A stretch of 64,000 nt of DNA from Candidatus Micrarchaeota archaeon. Lineage in GTDB: Archaea; Micrarchaeota; Micrarchaeia; CABMEP01. The stretch's first letter is position 1, and each line of letters begins with the position of its first letter. The notes under the pieces were generated by a model that ran no database searches, had not been told where the DNA came from, and worked only from the letters and a program-made list of their open reading frames with translations. Of this stretch, positions 39,811 through 50,943 are shown piece after piece. The stretch is taken from the NCBI GenBank assembly GCA_026413625.1, contig JAOAKO010000003.1:2507-66506 (forward strand), read 5' to 3'. A program made the position numbers and the translations under genes.

Positions 39811-40611
39811 TTAATAACTATATATTTCGCTCCAGATCATCCTTGCTACTATTTTAATAAGACTTGTTTCATTTTTTATTTTTTCTATGTCCTCTAATAA
39901 TTTTCTCTTTATTTCATCTCTTTTTGATGGGTTTCTTTCAGCTTTCTTTGTTGCGGATTCTATTTTTCGTTTAATGATGCTTTTCTTAATCGATTCCATA
40001 TCACTTACATCTATAAGATTTTTTTGCTTTTTTTCTTCAATATATCGAATAGTTTCTTCTTTTAATTTCCCGTTTCTAGCTGCAAATAACGGAATTAGCT
40101 TTCGCCATCCATTTGCAGATAAATCTACATTAAGGAGACCAATCTGATAACATTTTTCGCTTTCAAAGTTGACATTGATCAATCCAATCATTACTGCATT
40201 CTTCGCGCTAATTACAAAGTTAATAAGCGACAAAGCTCCTGTTGTGGAACGTTCTCCCGCTATACCGATGTAATTAAATCGCGTACCGCAGATAAAACCT
40301 TTTTCAGAAATACCAACAAAGTTAATTTTACCTGTTGTAAGAGATCTCGCTTTTCCTATTATATTAACCAATCCTAATTCACATGGGCCCCCGTTATTAA
40401 ATACATTTATAGCTCCTAATGAAATATATCTATTCATTTCAGAGCTTCTATCTAAGTTCAGAATTCCAACCCTAAACTTACTTTCGTTGCCGCACTTACC
40501 TTCTATTTTCGTTTCAGTAGTCCACCCAATCAGATTCTTCGGATTCTCTGTATATTTAATAAATATATTATCTTCACATTTATTTTTTCCAATATTCATA
40601 TAATTATCCAT
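39811..40611 (-). CDS. Hypothetical protein with short GxxN beta-repeats and a charged helical tail
   Basis: Repeats VGILN, LGAIN, LGLVN, IGLIN, QIGLLN at 16-19 aa spacing. Confidence 0.65.
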   Translation of the reverse strand: MDNYMNIGKNKCEDNIFIKYTENPKNLIGWTTETKIEGKCGNESKFRVGILNLDRSSEMNRYISLGAINVFNNGGPCELGLVNIIGKARSLTTGKINFVGISEKGFICGTRFNYIGIAGERSTTGALSLINFVISAKNAVMIGLINVNFESEKCYQIGLLNVDLSANGWRKLIPLFAARNGKLKEETIRYIEEKKQKNLIDVSDMESIKKSIIKRKIESATKKAERNPSKRDEIKRKLLEDIEKIKNETSLIKIVARMIWSEIYSY

Positions 40612-40832
40612 AACATCCCCTTAACAATATTAGTACAAAAGATATATATAAATTTTTGCTTTCATTGGCTTTGTAGAAATCGTCTAGCATAAATCAGGAT
40701 TTCTTTTCTCTGGCCGATTAAATGACCGGCTTAATATTTTCTCTATCACTATAAATAGGCTCATCTCTTTATTTTTAAAGACAGAGTGAATAAGCCTCAT
40801 GTTTTTAAATTTTAATTTTGCATTATTAACTT

Positions 40833-41945
40833 ATGGAAAAGAAACCCCAGCTAGGTAAGGAATCAAACATCGAAAATATACTAATAGTTGCTGCACTCAC
40901 ATCAGCCAAAAAAGAAGAAGAGAGAGGTTTAGATGACCCATCAAAACTGAGATATGCATCAACGATAGAAATAAGTAAAAGAACAGAAGAGTTGTTATTC
41001 AAAAATATTGGCAATAGACCAACCGGATATGAGCTGTTAAAACACTTAAAAGAGCAAGATCTAACCATCTTCTTACTTCACGAGGCGAGTATACTGGAAA
41101 ACATACTAATAAAACAACAACCGGGAATGCCGACCGTAATCAAATTCTACTTTGATCCGAAAATAAAGTTCTTTTCCCTTACTCCGGATGCCGAGAAAGT
41201 TATAGAACTAATTCTTAGAATTGAAAATACGAAAAGACAGAATTTCAAGTATACATTTATTGTAAGCACAAACGACATCAATGCGCTGATTAGCGAAATT
41301 CAAAAATATATAAAAGATCAGGTTAAATTTATTCAGACTGGCAAGAACCAATATAGTATAACAATCTTAAGGGGAAACCCGGAAATAAACGAAATAAGCG
41401 AAAGAGCGAAATTAATCGCTAAGATGTGTATTATCAACATAGCTATAAACAAAAAAAAATTTGTAAACCTTTTGGCGAAACAATGGGATATGCCGTATAA
41501 TAAATTCGAGAGCAGGAGGGCAATTGAAGATCATTTTTCAACATTGAAATGGAATATTTGGAATAAAGTAGAAAATCAACTTCCACCAAAAATCAGGGAG
41601 GCCATAATTAAAAAAAGACAGGAGCTTTTACCAAAGGAAAGGCTAGAACAAATAAAAATCGAGCAAAAAATTCAAAAAAGGTACAAATCATTAGACGAAA
41701 TCGTAGTTCTGGTCAAGGAAAATATAAAGCAAACTGATAAAAAAAACATAAAATCTGAGCTCAAACTACTTCTCAAAGAAATCAAAAAAGTCATAAAATT
41801 GAACGAAGACGATGAAGCTAAAGCAAGAAAAGAAATTGAAATGTATATTGCCAAAAATTTGGATGAAAACTGGTATAATCAATTCCAAGAAATCATAAAA
41901 TTAAGGTCATTTCTTCATTCAAAATATCCAAAGGCTTTTGATTGA
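40833..41945 (+). CDS. Hypothetical protein (Lys/Ile/Glu-rich, unrecognised)
   Basis: 370-codon ORF with no competing long ORF; no motif recognised. Confidence 0.7.
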   Translation: MEKKPQLGKESNIENILIVAALTSAKKEEERGLDDPSKLRYASTIEISKRTEELLFKNIGNRPTGYELLKHLKEQDLTIFLLHEASILENILIKQQPGMPTVIKFYFDPKIKFFSLTPDAEKVIELILRIENTKRQNFKYTFIVSTNDINALISEIQKYIKDQVKFIQTGKNQYSITILRGNPEINEISERAKLIAKMCIINIAINKKKFVNLLAKQWDMPYNKFESRRAIEDHFSTLKWNIWNKVENQLPPKIREAIIKKRQELLPKERLEQIKIEQKIQKRYKSLDEIVVLVKENIKQTDKKNIKSELKLLLKEIKKVIKLNEDDEAKARKEIEMYIAKNLDENWYNQFQEIIKLRSFLHSKYPKAFD

Positions 41946-41949
41946 GGCT

Positions 41950-42657
41950 TTATTTTAAAAATCGTATTATTCTTCCATTTAATCTGTTCAGGTTTATTTC
42001 AATATTCCCTTTTTGTATTCCGATCGGCTTTCCGAATCCCTTTTTAATCGCTTTCCTATAATCTTCAATATTATTTGCGTCTGCGAACGTATAGACAGTT
42101 CCTATCTCTCTAAACGTATGGGCGTCGCTGCCTCCGATTTGTGGTATTTTGTATTCGCTTGCATAATCCATGCTTTTTGCGTTTTCAAACGCATTACACC
42201 TTCCGTTCATAGTTTCGATCGCATCGAATTTTATTTTATTTTTAGCTAAGTAGTAAATAATCTTTTGTGTCCTGAAAAATATACTAAATGGATGAGGTAC
42301 TGCTATTATTCCATTCCTATCGTGAATTTGGTCTGCTATCTCATGGAGATTAGAAATATTTTGTTCTTCTTTTTTAATTTTAATATCTTCGTCTAAGAAT
42401 AGAGCAAGAATTTCACCTACTTTCCTTCCCTTTTTTTCTTTTGGTCTTATAGGTTCTCTAATTACAATCTCTTTTCCAGGTATAAACGTTAATTCAAGAT
42501 CCCTTGCTGCTTTTTTAGCCCTTGTCCATCCAGAAATAGAATCATGATCTGTCAATGCAAATCCGCTGAGTCCTAGCGCCTTTATTCTAGACGCGATCTG
42601 TTCAGGGCTGCAGCATCCGTCTGAATATACTGAATGGATATGGAGGTCAATTTTCAT
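41950..42657 (-). CDS. PHP-domain metal-dependent phosphoesterase
   Basis: DLHIHSVYSDG, ALTDHD, G.E, PHPF, GGSDAH. Confidence 0.93.
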   Translation of the reverse strand: MKIDLHIHSVYSDGCCSPEQIASRIKALGLSGFALTDHDSISGWTRAKKAARDLELTFIPGKEIVIREPIRPKEKKGRKVGEILALFLDEDIKIKKEEQNISNLHEIADQIHDRNGIIAVPHPFSIFFRTQKIIYYLAKNKIKFDAIETMNGRCNAFENAKSMDYASEYKIPQIGGSDAHTFREIGTVYTFADANNIEDYRKAIKKGFGKPIGIQKGNIEINLNRLNGRIIRFLK

Positions 42658-42708
42658 TGATTATCTATTGTATGGTAAGATTTTATATCTTAATTGTCAA
42701 TAAATAAT

Positions 42709-43209
42709 ATGGCGAATATTGGTAAAGAAGACGACATAGATAGGTTTTATCTTTCATGGGAAAAAATAGAAGAAATGTGCCAGAAAATTGCATCGGAAAT
42801 AAATAAGAAAAACATCAAAATCGACAAAATAATAGCCATAAGTCGAGGCGGGCTGATTCCAGGTAGAATACTTTCCAGCCTTCTTAGAAATAAGAATCTG
42901 TCTACAATAAGAGTAACATTCTACACAAAGCCGGGGGTTGCAAAAGACAAGCCACACCTTGCCGAGGACTTATCAACCGACATAACAGATAAAACAGTAC
43001 TTATCGTAGATGACGTGGTCGAATCAGGAAAAACACTTTCACTTACATACAATTATTTGAAAGAGAGAGGCGCTAAAAAAATTTATACTGCAGCACTCTT
43101 CGACAAACATGTAGACGGAAAAGAAAAGCTGACATCTCCCGATTTCTTTTGCGAAAAAATAAGCAATAAATGGATAGTTTATCCCTGGGAAAAGTTTGAC
43201 GAAGAATGA
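42709..43209 (+). CDS. Purine phosphoribosyltransferase (type I PRT)
   Basis: ISRGGLIP, VLIVDDVVESGKT, WIVYPWE. Confidence 0.92.
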   Translation: MANIGKEDDIDRFYLSWEKIEEMCQKIASEINKKNIKIDKIIAISRGGLIPGRILSSLLRNKNLSTIRVTFYTKPGVAKDKPHLAEDLSTDITDKTVLIVDDVVESGKTLSLTYNYLKERGAKKIYTAALFDKHVDGKEKLTSPDFFCEKISNKWIVYPWEKFDEE

Positions 43210-43210
43210 A

Positions 43211-43864
43211 CTAGTTTTTTTCCATTTCGGGATATCCGAATTTTCCAACTAAGGGAACAAACATAACTGGAAGCAGGTTTTTCATTCTTATTTTTCCAGT
43301 GCCATCTTTTTCAACTAAAATTAAATCTTGCCAGTAGGAGACACCTATGGGTATTATCATTTTGCCACCGTTTTTAAGCTGTTCGAGCAAAGGTTTGGGT
43401 ATCTCTGGAGCGCTTGCAGATACGATTATTCTGTCGTAAGGCGCATTTTCAGGCCAACCTTGCGTTCCGTCTCCAGTTTTGATTACAATATTTTTAATTT
43501 TAATTTCTGAAATTCTCTGCCTAGCCTTTTCAGCCAACTCCTTTATCCGCTCTATTGAAAATACCTTTCCATTTTCGCCAACAAGCTTTCCCAACAATGC
43601 AGTTTGCCATCCAGAACCAGTTCCGATCTCAAGGACATTTATACCTTCCTTAACATCAAGCTCTTTCATCATAATTCCAACTATAGACGGGGCGGAGATA
43701 GTTTGCCCAAAACCAATAGGCAAAGGCAAGTCTATATAGCTTGATTCTTTTAGCGGTCCCTCTATAAAATATTCTCTTTTTATCTCTTCCATTGCCTTTG
43801 CGATTCTTTCATCTATAAAATTATTTTTAAGAAGATAATCTATCATTATCTTGTTTTTATCCAT
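43211..43864 (-). CDS. pcm: Protein-L-isoaspartate O-methyltransferase
   Basis: PIGFGQTISAP, VLEIGTGSG, GDG..GWPENAPYDRI, FVPLVG. Confidence 0.96.
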   Translation of the reverse strand: MDKNKIMIDYLLKNNFIDERIAKAMEEIKREYFIEGPLKESSYIDLPLPIGFGQTISAPSIVGIMMKELDVKEGINVLEIGTGSGWQTALLGKLVGENGKVFSIERIKELAEKARQRISEIKIKNIVIKTGDGTQGWPENAPYDRIIVSASAPEIPKPLLEQLKNGGKMIIPIGVSYWQDLILVEKDGTGKIRMKNLLPVMFVPLVGKFGYPEMEKN

Positions 43865-43939
43865 AAAATGCTTTTAAGTAAAGAATATATAACCCTTTAG
43901 TTATAGATATATACGTAATTTCGTGTTTTAGGTGTTTTT

Positions 43940-44128
43940 ATGCAATGCACAATCAACGGAAAGAAAGATTATTTTACTTTCAGCGGCCAGGTTAAAGAGC
44001 TGCTTCAAAAGTTAGGCATAAACGAGCAAATCGTCATAGTTAAGGTAAATGGAAAAATAGTTACGGAATTGGATAAAGTAAACGACAGCGATATTGTTGA
44101 AATACAGAAGGTCATACTTGGCGGTTAG
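43940..44128 (+). CDS. ThiS/MoaD ubiquitin-like sulfur carrier (SAMP2/TtuB-like)
   Basis: 62 aa, VKVNG, C-terminal GG; upstream of TtuA. Confidence 0.92.
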   Translation: MQCTINGKKDYFTFSGQVKELLQKLGINEQIVIVKVNGKIVTELDKVNDSDIVEIQKVILGG

Positions 44129-44138
44129 GGATGGTAAA

Positions 44139-45080
44139 ATGGTCAAATGCTCATTGTGCAATAAGTCAGCGGTAATTCATCTTTCATATGCAAACTCAAG
44201 CCTTTGCGAAAAGCATCTCATCCATTCTGTAGAGCGAAGAGTAAAGCGAACAATCAGAGAATACAAGATGCTTGATGGAGCGAAGCATATAGGGGTTGCC
44301 ATTTCAGGAGGAAAAGACAGCCAAGTCTTGCTCTACATTTTGCACAAAATAGCCAAACCAATGAGAATAAAGGTTACAGCGATTCTTGTAGACGAGGGAA
44401 TAGAGGGGTATAGGGACAAGATAATTCCAGAAGCAAAAAAGCTCACTTCAGACCTTGGAGTTCCCTTGGAAATAGTCTCATTCAAGGAGCTGACCAACTA
44501 TTCGCTGGACGAAATAATGAAGATGCAAAAAAACCAGCGAGGGGAATCATCGTGCACTTTTTGCGGTGTTTTCAGAAGGTATGCCATAAATAAAGTTGCG
44601 AAGATGCTCAAAGTTGACAGACTTGCCATAGGGCACAATCTGGATGACATGGTTCAGAGCTACATGATGAACATCCTAAGGAATGAGGATTTGTTATTCA
44701 GATTTAAGCCGATCGGCGGTGCGATAGAAGATGAACGATTTGTCATGAGAATACGTCCTCTTTTTAGGATCCCTGAAAAGGAAATAGCGGTTTATGCAGT
44801 TTTGAAGGGATTCAAATCTGTTTTCGTTGAATGCCCTTACGTGAACGAAGGTCTTAGGCCGATGGTCAGAGATTTTGTAAATTCATTAGAGTCAAAATAC
44901 CCCGGAACAAAATTTAAGATTCTTCAAAATTATTTAGAGGTAAGCAAGAAAATTTCAGACCAATTTTATAGTTCAGAGGAAGGAAAAAAAATAAACTCAT
45001 GCTCGATTTGCGGAGAGCCAACCTCTTCTTCAGTATGCAAGACATGTTCCTTACTAAGTAAATTGCTGAGAAAAGAATAG
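44139..45080 (+). CDS. ttuA: tRNA 2-thiolation protein TtuA/Ncs6 family
   Basis: Zn fingers at both ends, SGGKDS PP-loop, CTFCGVFRR, GHNLDD, ECPY. Confidence 0.93.
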   Translation: MVKCSLCNKSAVIHLSYANSSLCEKHLIHSVERRVKRTIREYKMLDGAKHIGVAISGGKDSQVLLYILHKIAKPMRIKVTAILVDEGIEGYRDKIIPEAKKLTSDLGVPLEIVSFKELTNYSLDEIMKMQKNQRGESSCTFCGVFRRYAINKVAKMLKVDRLAIGHNLDDMVQSYMMNILRNEDLLFRFKPIGGAIEDERFVMRIRPLFRIPEKEIAVYAVLKGFKSVFVECPYVNEGLRPMVRDFVNSLESKYPGTKFKILQNYLEVSKKISDQFYSSEEGKKINSCSICGEPTSSSVCKTCSLLSKLLRKE

Positions 45081-45096
45081 ATGAATTTCAAACCAT

Positions 45097-45840
45097 TCAT
45101 AAATTCCATATTATTTTTGTAACCTGTGTAAGCTCCTCAACCATAAAGTCTGCTTTTGGCCCCTTCACTTCTTCTGTATTGCATTTTCTATTCAAATGAA
45201 CTGTTATCATTCCGGCATCCTTTGAAGGTTCGATATCGTTAGAATAGCTGTCTCCAACCATCATTATCTCCTTAACGTCTTTATTTAGCTTTGATGCAAT
45301 CCACAGGAAATACTCTTTTGTCTTAATCTCAATGCTATGCTGCATTTTGTTTTCGTTCACATACTGTTCGGTCACAAATATTTCGTCTATCAGCCTGTTA
45401 AGATTTGCCCAGTTTATTTTGTCTATCTGTTTATGTGTCATCCCAGCAGTTGCAATTCCTATTGTTATTCCGTTGCTTTTCAGAGCAGTAAGCGTCTCTA
45501 TAACTTCGTTATACAGATATGCGAAGTATGCATATTTTGTTTTGTGGTGTGCGCTTATACCTGCGGTTGCTATTCTATCAATTTTTAGCTGGTCGTTTAT
45601 TCCAAGATTCCTGCAAACAATTAGGGCGGTTTCGTCAATAAGCTTTCCGTAGTTGGATCCCTTTTCTTTTCTTATCTTATCCATGGTCTCTTCTAAAACC
45701 TTTCTTGATAGTTTTATTCTGAATTTTTCAGTTGCTTCAGACTGCATTCCAATTATTACTGCCCGCTTTGAAAGCTCTTTGAATTCGTTTGTATTTACAA
45801 GAGTATTGTCCCAATCAAACAAAACAGTTGAAATTTTCAT
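45097..45840 (-). CDS. HAD-superfamily hydrolase
   Basis: FDWDNTL, IAT.G, MVGDSYSNDI..SK.AGM. Confidence 0.9.
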   Translation of the reverse strand: MKISTVLFDWDNTLVNTNEFKELSKRAVIIGMQSEATEKFRIKLSRKVLEETMDKIRKEKGSNYGKLIDETALIVCRNLGINDQLKIDRIATAGISAHHKTKYAYFAYLYNEVIETLTALKSNGITIGIATAGMTHKQIDKINWANLNRLIDEIFVTEQYVNENKMQHSIEIKTKEYFLWIASKLNKDVKEIMMVGDSYSNDIEPSKDAGMITVHLNRKCNTEEVKGPKADFMVEELTQVTKIIWNL

Positions 45841-45900
45841 AAAATAGTCAAACAAGACAGGTATAAATACATTTCGCCACAAATATTTTTAGGGATTTAA

Positions 45901-46575
45901 ATGGGAGATAGCAGGAAGATAAAAGCAATAATCTTCGACATGGACAATACGCTTTTAGAACTGAATGTAGACTGGTATGGGTTGACAAGAGATATAGACT
46001 ACGAATATTTTCAAGGTAAATATTCGCATCTGACACCACATAAATTCTTTGTAGCTTTCTTCTCTAAACTGCTTGACAAGCTGACAAAAAGGCAGCAGAA
46101 AGAAATAAGGGAAAAGAGACTTGAAAAAGAAATGGAAGGATTGGCAACAGGAACATGCTTTCCATACAGAGGAATTCTCAAATCGTTAAGCAAAAAATAC
46201 AAGTTAGCAGTTGTGTCCGGAAATTATCGTCCTACTGTCATCAAAGCTTTGAAGAGATGCGGATTTAGGCCATATATTAATGCAATAGTCAGCATAGACG
46301 ATGTTCCGGAATCAAAACCTTCTCCACTTCCATTGCTTAGGGCATTGAAGATGCTGAAAGTAAAACCAAGTCAAGCAGTATATATAGGCGACCACCCGGA
46401 TGACATCAAGGCAGCGAGAAACGCAGGAATGTACGCAATAGGCGTCTTGACATATAAAAGAAAATATGATCAGCTTAATAAGGAGTCGCCAGACATAATA
46501 ATCAACAACTTATTTGAACTGGAAAGCGCAATAAATAAATTAGAATTCAGATTGCAAAATAAATACGTGAGATAA
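45901..46575 (+). CDS. HAD-superfamily hydrolase (phosphoglycolate phosphatase-like)
   Basis: FDMDNTL, VVSGN, KPSP, YIGD..DD..AARNAG. Confidence 0.9.
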   Translation: MGDSRKIKAIIFDMDNTLLELNVDWYGLTRDIDYEYFQGKYSHLTPHKFFVAFFSKLLDKLTKRQQKEIREKRLEKEMEGLATGTCFPYRGILKSLSKKYKLAVVSGNYRPTVIKALKRCGFRPYINAIVSIDDVPESKPSPLPLLRALKMLKVKPSQAVYIGDHPDDIKAARNAGMYAIGVLTYKRKYDQLNKESPDIIINNLFELESAINKLEFRLQNKYVR

Positions 46576-46628
46576 GTAGTACATCAAATGTTAAGATCTA
46601 ATATGATTAAACTATATCAGGTGATAAT

Positions 46629-47849
46629 TTGTTAAACGTTCCAAAAAGAAGAAAAACATTTCAAGTTAGGGTTGGAGAAATTTACATCGGAAGCGAGCAT
46701 CCGATCGTAGTTCAGTCAATGACAAATACAAACACCGCAGATGTGGATGCAACAGTAAAGCAGATCATTGAATTGCACAATGCAGGCTCAGAAATAGTTA
46801 GATTCACTGTAAAGGACGAAGAAATGGCAAAGGCAGTTCCAGACATAAAGAAAAAACTTCTTGAACATGGTTGCAGCGTTCCATTGGTTGGAGATTTTCA
46901 TTTTAACGGAGACATTCTTCTTTCAAAATATCCTAAGATGGCAGATTCGCTTGACAAATGGAGGATCAATCCAGGAAATGCAGGAAGCGATGAAAGATTT
47001 AGAAATGTGATCAAGCTTGCAATAGACTATGGCAAGCCAGTAAGAATAGGAGTGAACGGAGGTTCTCTCGACCAAAAGCTTCTCGCTAGGATGATAGAAA
47101 AGGATTTAAAGAGGCCAAAGGAAAAACAACTTGGCGCGCATAGAGTTTTCCTTGATGCAATGGTAAAGAGCGCATTGACATCTGCGGAATCTGCAGTCGA
47201 TGTCGGAATGCCTGAAAACGCAATAATTCTTTCTGCGAAAGTTTCCAATGTCAGAGATCTGATTTATGTATACTCAACCCTTGCAAAGAAGTGCAAATTC
47301 CCTCTTCACTTGGGGCTTACAGAAGCAGGAGGGGGGTCAAAGGGAATTGTGGCATCTGCACAAGGGATAGGAATTTTGCTTAATCAGGGAATAGGTGACA
47401 CTATACGTGTATCCATTACTCCAAGGCCAGGTCAAAGCAGAACAGAGGAGGTTAGAGTTGCACAGGAGATACTTCAGACATTAGGGCTTCGTGCATTCTT
47501 TCCGATGGTTACAAGCTGTCCAGGATGCGGAAGAACAACAAGCACTGTTTTCCAAACCATCGCAGAGGAAATAAGCAAATATCTACAAGAGATGAGCCCG
47601 GTTTGGCGGGCACAAGGATACAAGGGATTTGAAAGCATGAAGGTTGCAGTAATGGGTTGCATTGTCAACGGTCCAGGAGAATCAAGAGAAGCAAACATAG
47701 GACTCAGCCTACCTGGCTCCGGAGAAACCCCTTCAGCTCCGGTTTTCGCAGACGGAAAGCAGATCGCAACCCTTACAGGGGACGCAAAGAAGATTTCAGA
47801 AGAGTATAAAAAACTGATTGAAGAATACGTGAAAAGCCACTATAAGTAA
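46629..47849 (+). CDS. ispG: (E)-4-hydroxy-3-methylbut-2-enyl-diphosphate synthase IspG
   Basis: [68 protein letters not shown]. Confidence 0.97.
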   Translation: MLNVPKRRKTFQVRVGEIYIGSEHPIVVQSMTNTNTADVDATVKQIIELHNAGSEIVRFTVKDEEMAKAVPDIKKKLLEHGCSVPLVGDFHFNGDILLSKYPKMADSLDKWRINPGNAGSDERFRNVIKLAIDYGKPVRIGVNGGSLDQKLLARMIEKDLKRPKEKQLGAHRVFLDAMVKSALTSAESAVDVGMPENAIILSAKVSNVRDLIYVYSTLAKKCKFPLHLGLTEAGGGSKGIVASAQGIGILLNQGIGDTIRVSITPRPGQSRTEEVRVAQEILQTLGLRAFFPMVTSCPGCGRTTSTVFQTIAEEISKYLQEMSPVWRAQGYKGFESMKVAVMGCIVNGPGESREANIGLSLPGSGETPSAPVFADGKQIATLTGDAKKISEEYKKLIEEYVKSHYK

Positions 47850-47960
47850 GGATAAAACGCAAAAACCTAGATTTATAAATATATATCAATTTATTAGTAA
47901 GCATTGAAATAAGTTTACATTATATTTATTTTGTAGATTGTATTATTTTGAGGTTGTATT

Positions 47961-50798
47961 ATGAAGAATTCGCTTGGAATTGTTTTAGTTCTTATTTTGT
48001 TTGGGCTGCTGAGTGCAGCTTCTATAGAATTAATAACTCCTTTAAATAACTCGTTTACTAATCAGTCTTCAATAAGCTTTACATTCAACGCAACATTTGA
48101 TGAAAATCCATCATTTACATGCATGCTTTACATTAATGGAATACCAATCTCACAAAATAATTCAGTTGAAAATAGCACTATAACAGTATTTACACAGCCT
48201 TTGAACACTAGCTTTTATCAGTGGTATATCAATTGTACAAACGGTACAGACATAATAATTTCAGAAATCAGAACTTTAACAATAGATCTATATGGTATCA
48301 ACGCCTCAGTGCCATTTCTAGCAGAACCAGACTCGTTCATTTCCAGCAATCCTGCAAACAATAAATTAACTTTGCTGATAAATGCATCAGACATTGGTCC
48401 AGCAGGAATAGACTATTTGACTGCTAACTTCACTGCATTGAATCAACCAGGAATCACACTTGTTAATATGACATACAATAACACAACAGGTTTATGGAAT
48501 GCAACAATTACAATTACAGATGTAAGCATGTTTAATTTTGCACCTTTAAACGTTACAATATTCGGCCAGGACAAGGCAGGAAACGGAATATTGTATTGGA
48601 CCCCTTACACTACAGTAATACTATACAATATGTCAGTTCCTGGAGTTGATTCGGAATGTTATGATTGGGGTCCTGAAATGACTGATTTGACTGCAATTTC
48701 AAACTTTAATTCAGTTAATTTTACGATAGATATGCAGATTAATGTATCATGCATTAAAAACCAGACATTTTTACCACCTTATCCCTCATGGCTTAATGAG
48801 ATGACCACAGTTGCTATTCTTAATTTTACAAACCTAAATCTTTCAAATCCAGCCATAGGCTCAAAGTTAGCCATGTTATCAAATAATATTAAAGTTAATA
48901 TAACACTTCCAAACCAATTTGGCGATTCGAGAATATTTGTAAACAGTACAGCATTGGCGGAATTCGATACAAACGCAACAATAAAATTGTTCCATCTTCC
49001 GTTCCTTTCAAAACCAGAGATAATTTCAGATGCTGGCGCGGACGGTTTGGATGAAGGATTTACTGTTTTATGGGCGCAAGGAAATAAAGAGGGAAATCTT
49101 ACATTTAGGGTTAAAGGGTTTTCTGGATACAATATAACAGACAATGTAGCACCCATAATAACAATTAACACACCGTTAAACAGTTCCTATGTAAACAGCA
49201 CAACCCCGACAATCAACATAACCCTTAATGGAACCAAGACAGCAATAAGCTATTTGCTTGTTCAAATCGATAACACAAGTTATATATTCAATTCAACCGT
49301 GAATCAAACAAACTGTCAGGCAACAGCAGATCCAGAGATTATGAATTGCGTATTCCAAAGTGCAAGCTTATCACAAGGAGGGCATACAATATTCGTTCTT
49401 GCGCGTGATTTCGGCGGTGTAAGCGGAAATTCAGCTAATAAATCAGCAGTATTTACAGTTGATTCCATAGCCCCTGTTTTAAATATTTCAACCCCGCAAA
49501 ACAACACAATTCTTAATTCAGTCACACTTAAAATAACAGGTGCATCAAATGACGCTAATCTAAATTACACAAACATTTCAGTTTACAATAATACTGGGAA
49601 TTTGGTTAATTCAACTACAACAACAAATACATCTTGGGTAGTATATTTATATGTGCCAAATAATATGAAATATAATATATCAATAAATGCATTCGACAAG
49701 GCAGGAAATAACGCATCATATATTTTAGGAAATATTACAGTTAACGACACCACAGCACCAAAAATAACTGCAATAAGTGCAACCACCTCAGGTTCAACTG
49801 TCACATTGAGCGTGACAACAGATGAATTTGCAGTATGCAGGTATGCAACAACAAATGTCGGTTATGAACAAATGCTGAGCATGGATACGACTGGACAGCT
49901 TGTCCATACAAAATCAATAACCTTCAACTCTTCAACTTCCGGAACGTTTTACGTGGCATGTGCAGATCCAGTAGGGAATGAAATGGTTAATTCAAACACC
50001 ACTACATTCAGTGTTACCGTTTCATCAGGTTCATCTGGGGGAGGTTCAACAACTACTGTTACAACTCTGCCTCCAGTAGTACAGCCACCAACACAGCCAC
50101 CAGCGCAACCACCAGCTGAAGAGATACCGGCAGTCACTAAACCAATAAGCATTGTTTCATCAACTGCTTCAACAGCAACCTTCAATTTGAATACTGTTGC
50201 TGGAGAACCACTGATCATAGATGTTGCAAAATTGGCGGAAGGAGTGGCACAGGCGACTGGAATATCTAAGATTTCCATTACAACATCATCCGCGGTTTCA
50301 AATGTGCAGTTTTCAATAAAACCAGTTGAAAAACCAGCATCCATTCAAGAGCCGGCAAAGAAGGTCCTTAATTATATAGAAATCAATTTCGGAACCTCAA
50401 GCCAGGCTGTTCAAAGCGCAAAGATAACATTTACATTAAAGAAATCAGATATATCAAAGCAGAATGTAGATGCAGATACTATTAAGCTATTGAGATATGC
50501 GAACGGACAATGGCAGGAGCTTCAAACTGAGAAGGGATTCGAGGACATTGAATCCATAACATTCGAAGCAACGACTCCAGGATTCAGCTACTTTGCAATT
50601 GCAGGTGAAGAAATCAAAGCTCCAGCGGAGGCTCCAAAGATAACGACTACAAAAGCTGGCGAAGAAAAAGAATCAGGTTTAATCCAAATTCCTGAGCAAA
50701 AGAAGGAGAGTCCGTTAGGACTAATCCTTTTGATAGCAGTAATCCTTATAATAGGATACATTGTTCTCAGCAGCCAGAAGCCATGGAAGACAAAGTAA
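47961..50798 (+). CDS. Large surface glycoprotein with Ig-like and PGF-pre-PGF domains
   Basis: Signal peptide; many N-x-S/T sequons; D..AP...D.AGN Ig repeats; S/T/P linker; TPGFSYFAI; C-terminal TM with basic tail. Confidence 0.88.
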   Translation: MKNSLGIVLVLILFGLLSAASIELITPLNNSFTNQSSISFTFNATFDENPSFTCMLYINGIPISQNNSVENSTITVFTQPLNTSFYQWYINCTNGTDIIISEIRTLTIDLYGINASVPFLAEPDSFISSNPANNKLTLLINASDIGPAGIDYLTANFTALNQPGITLVNMTYNNTTGLWNATITITDVSMFNFAPLNVTIFGQDKAGNGILYWTPYTTVILYNMSVPGVDSECYDWGPEMTDLTAISNFNSVNFTIDMQINVSCIKNQTFLPPYPSWLNEMTTVAILNFTNLNLSNPAIGSKLAMLSNNIKVNITLPNQFGDSRIFVNSTALAEFDTNATIKLFHLPFLSKPEIISDAGADGLDEGFTVLWAQGNKEGNLTFRVKGFSGYNITDNVAPIITINTPLNSSYVNSTTPTINITLNGTKTAISYLLVQIDNTSYIFNSTVNQTNCQATADPEIMNCVFQSASLSQGGHTIFVLARDFGGVSGNSANKSAVFTVDSIAPVLNISTPQNNTILNSVTLKITGASNDANLNYTNISVYNNTGNLVNSTTTTNTSWVVYLYVPNNMKYNISINAFDKAGNNASYILGNITVNDTTAPKITAISATTSGSTVTLSVTTDEFAVCRYATTNVGYEQMLSMDTTGQLVHTKSITFNSSTSGTFYVACADPVGNEMVNSNTTTFSVTVSSGSSGGGSTTTVTTLPPVVQPPTQPPAQPPAEEIPAVTKPISIVSSTASTATFNLNTVAGEPLIIDVAKLAEGVAQATGISKISITTSSAVSNVQFSIKPVEKPASIQEPAKKVLNYIEINFGTSSQAVQSAKITFTLKKSDISKQNVDADTIKLLRYANGQWQELQTEKGFEDIESITFEATTPGFSYFAIAGEEIKAPAEAPKITTTKAGEEKESGLIQIPEQKKESPLGLILLIAVILIIGYIVLSSQKPWKTK

Positions 50799-50818
50799 AA
50801 TAGTAATTGCTGGAAATA

Positions 50819-50850
50819 AAGGGCGCATGCGCCCTTAGTTTTTTATCTTT
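50819..50850 (+). terminator. Hairpin plus T-tract terminator
   Basis: Perfect 18-bp palindrome AAGGGCGCATGCGCCCTT followed by AGTTTTTTATCTTT. Confidence 0.65.
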
Positions 50851-50943
50851 ATCTTTTCCTTTTCTTTTATTCTTCATCCTTTGTTCATATTTATATTTCT
50901 TTTCCTCTTAACTGTATTAAACGTTTAACTTAATGGTGGGAGC

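Noticed and set aside
46629..47849. Bacterial contamination as the source of ispG, ispH and rel
   Set aside because: The genes are interleaved with archaeal genes, look similar in composition, and ispG uses the same GGTGA SD; read mapping is still needed to exclude chimerism
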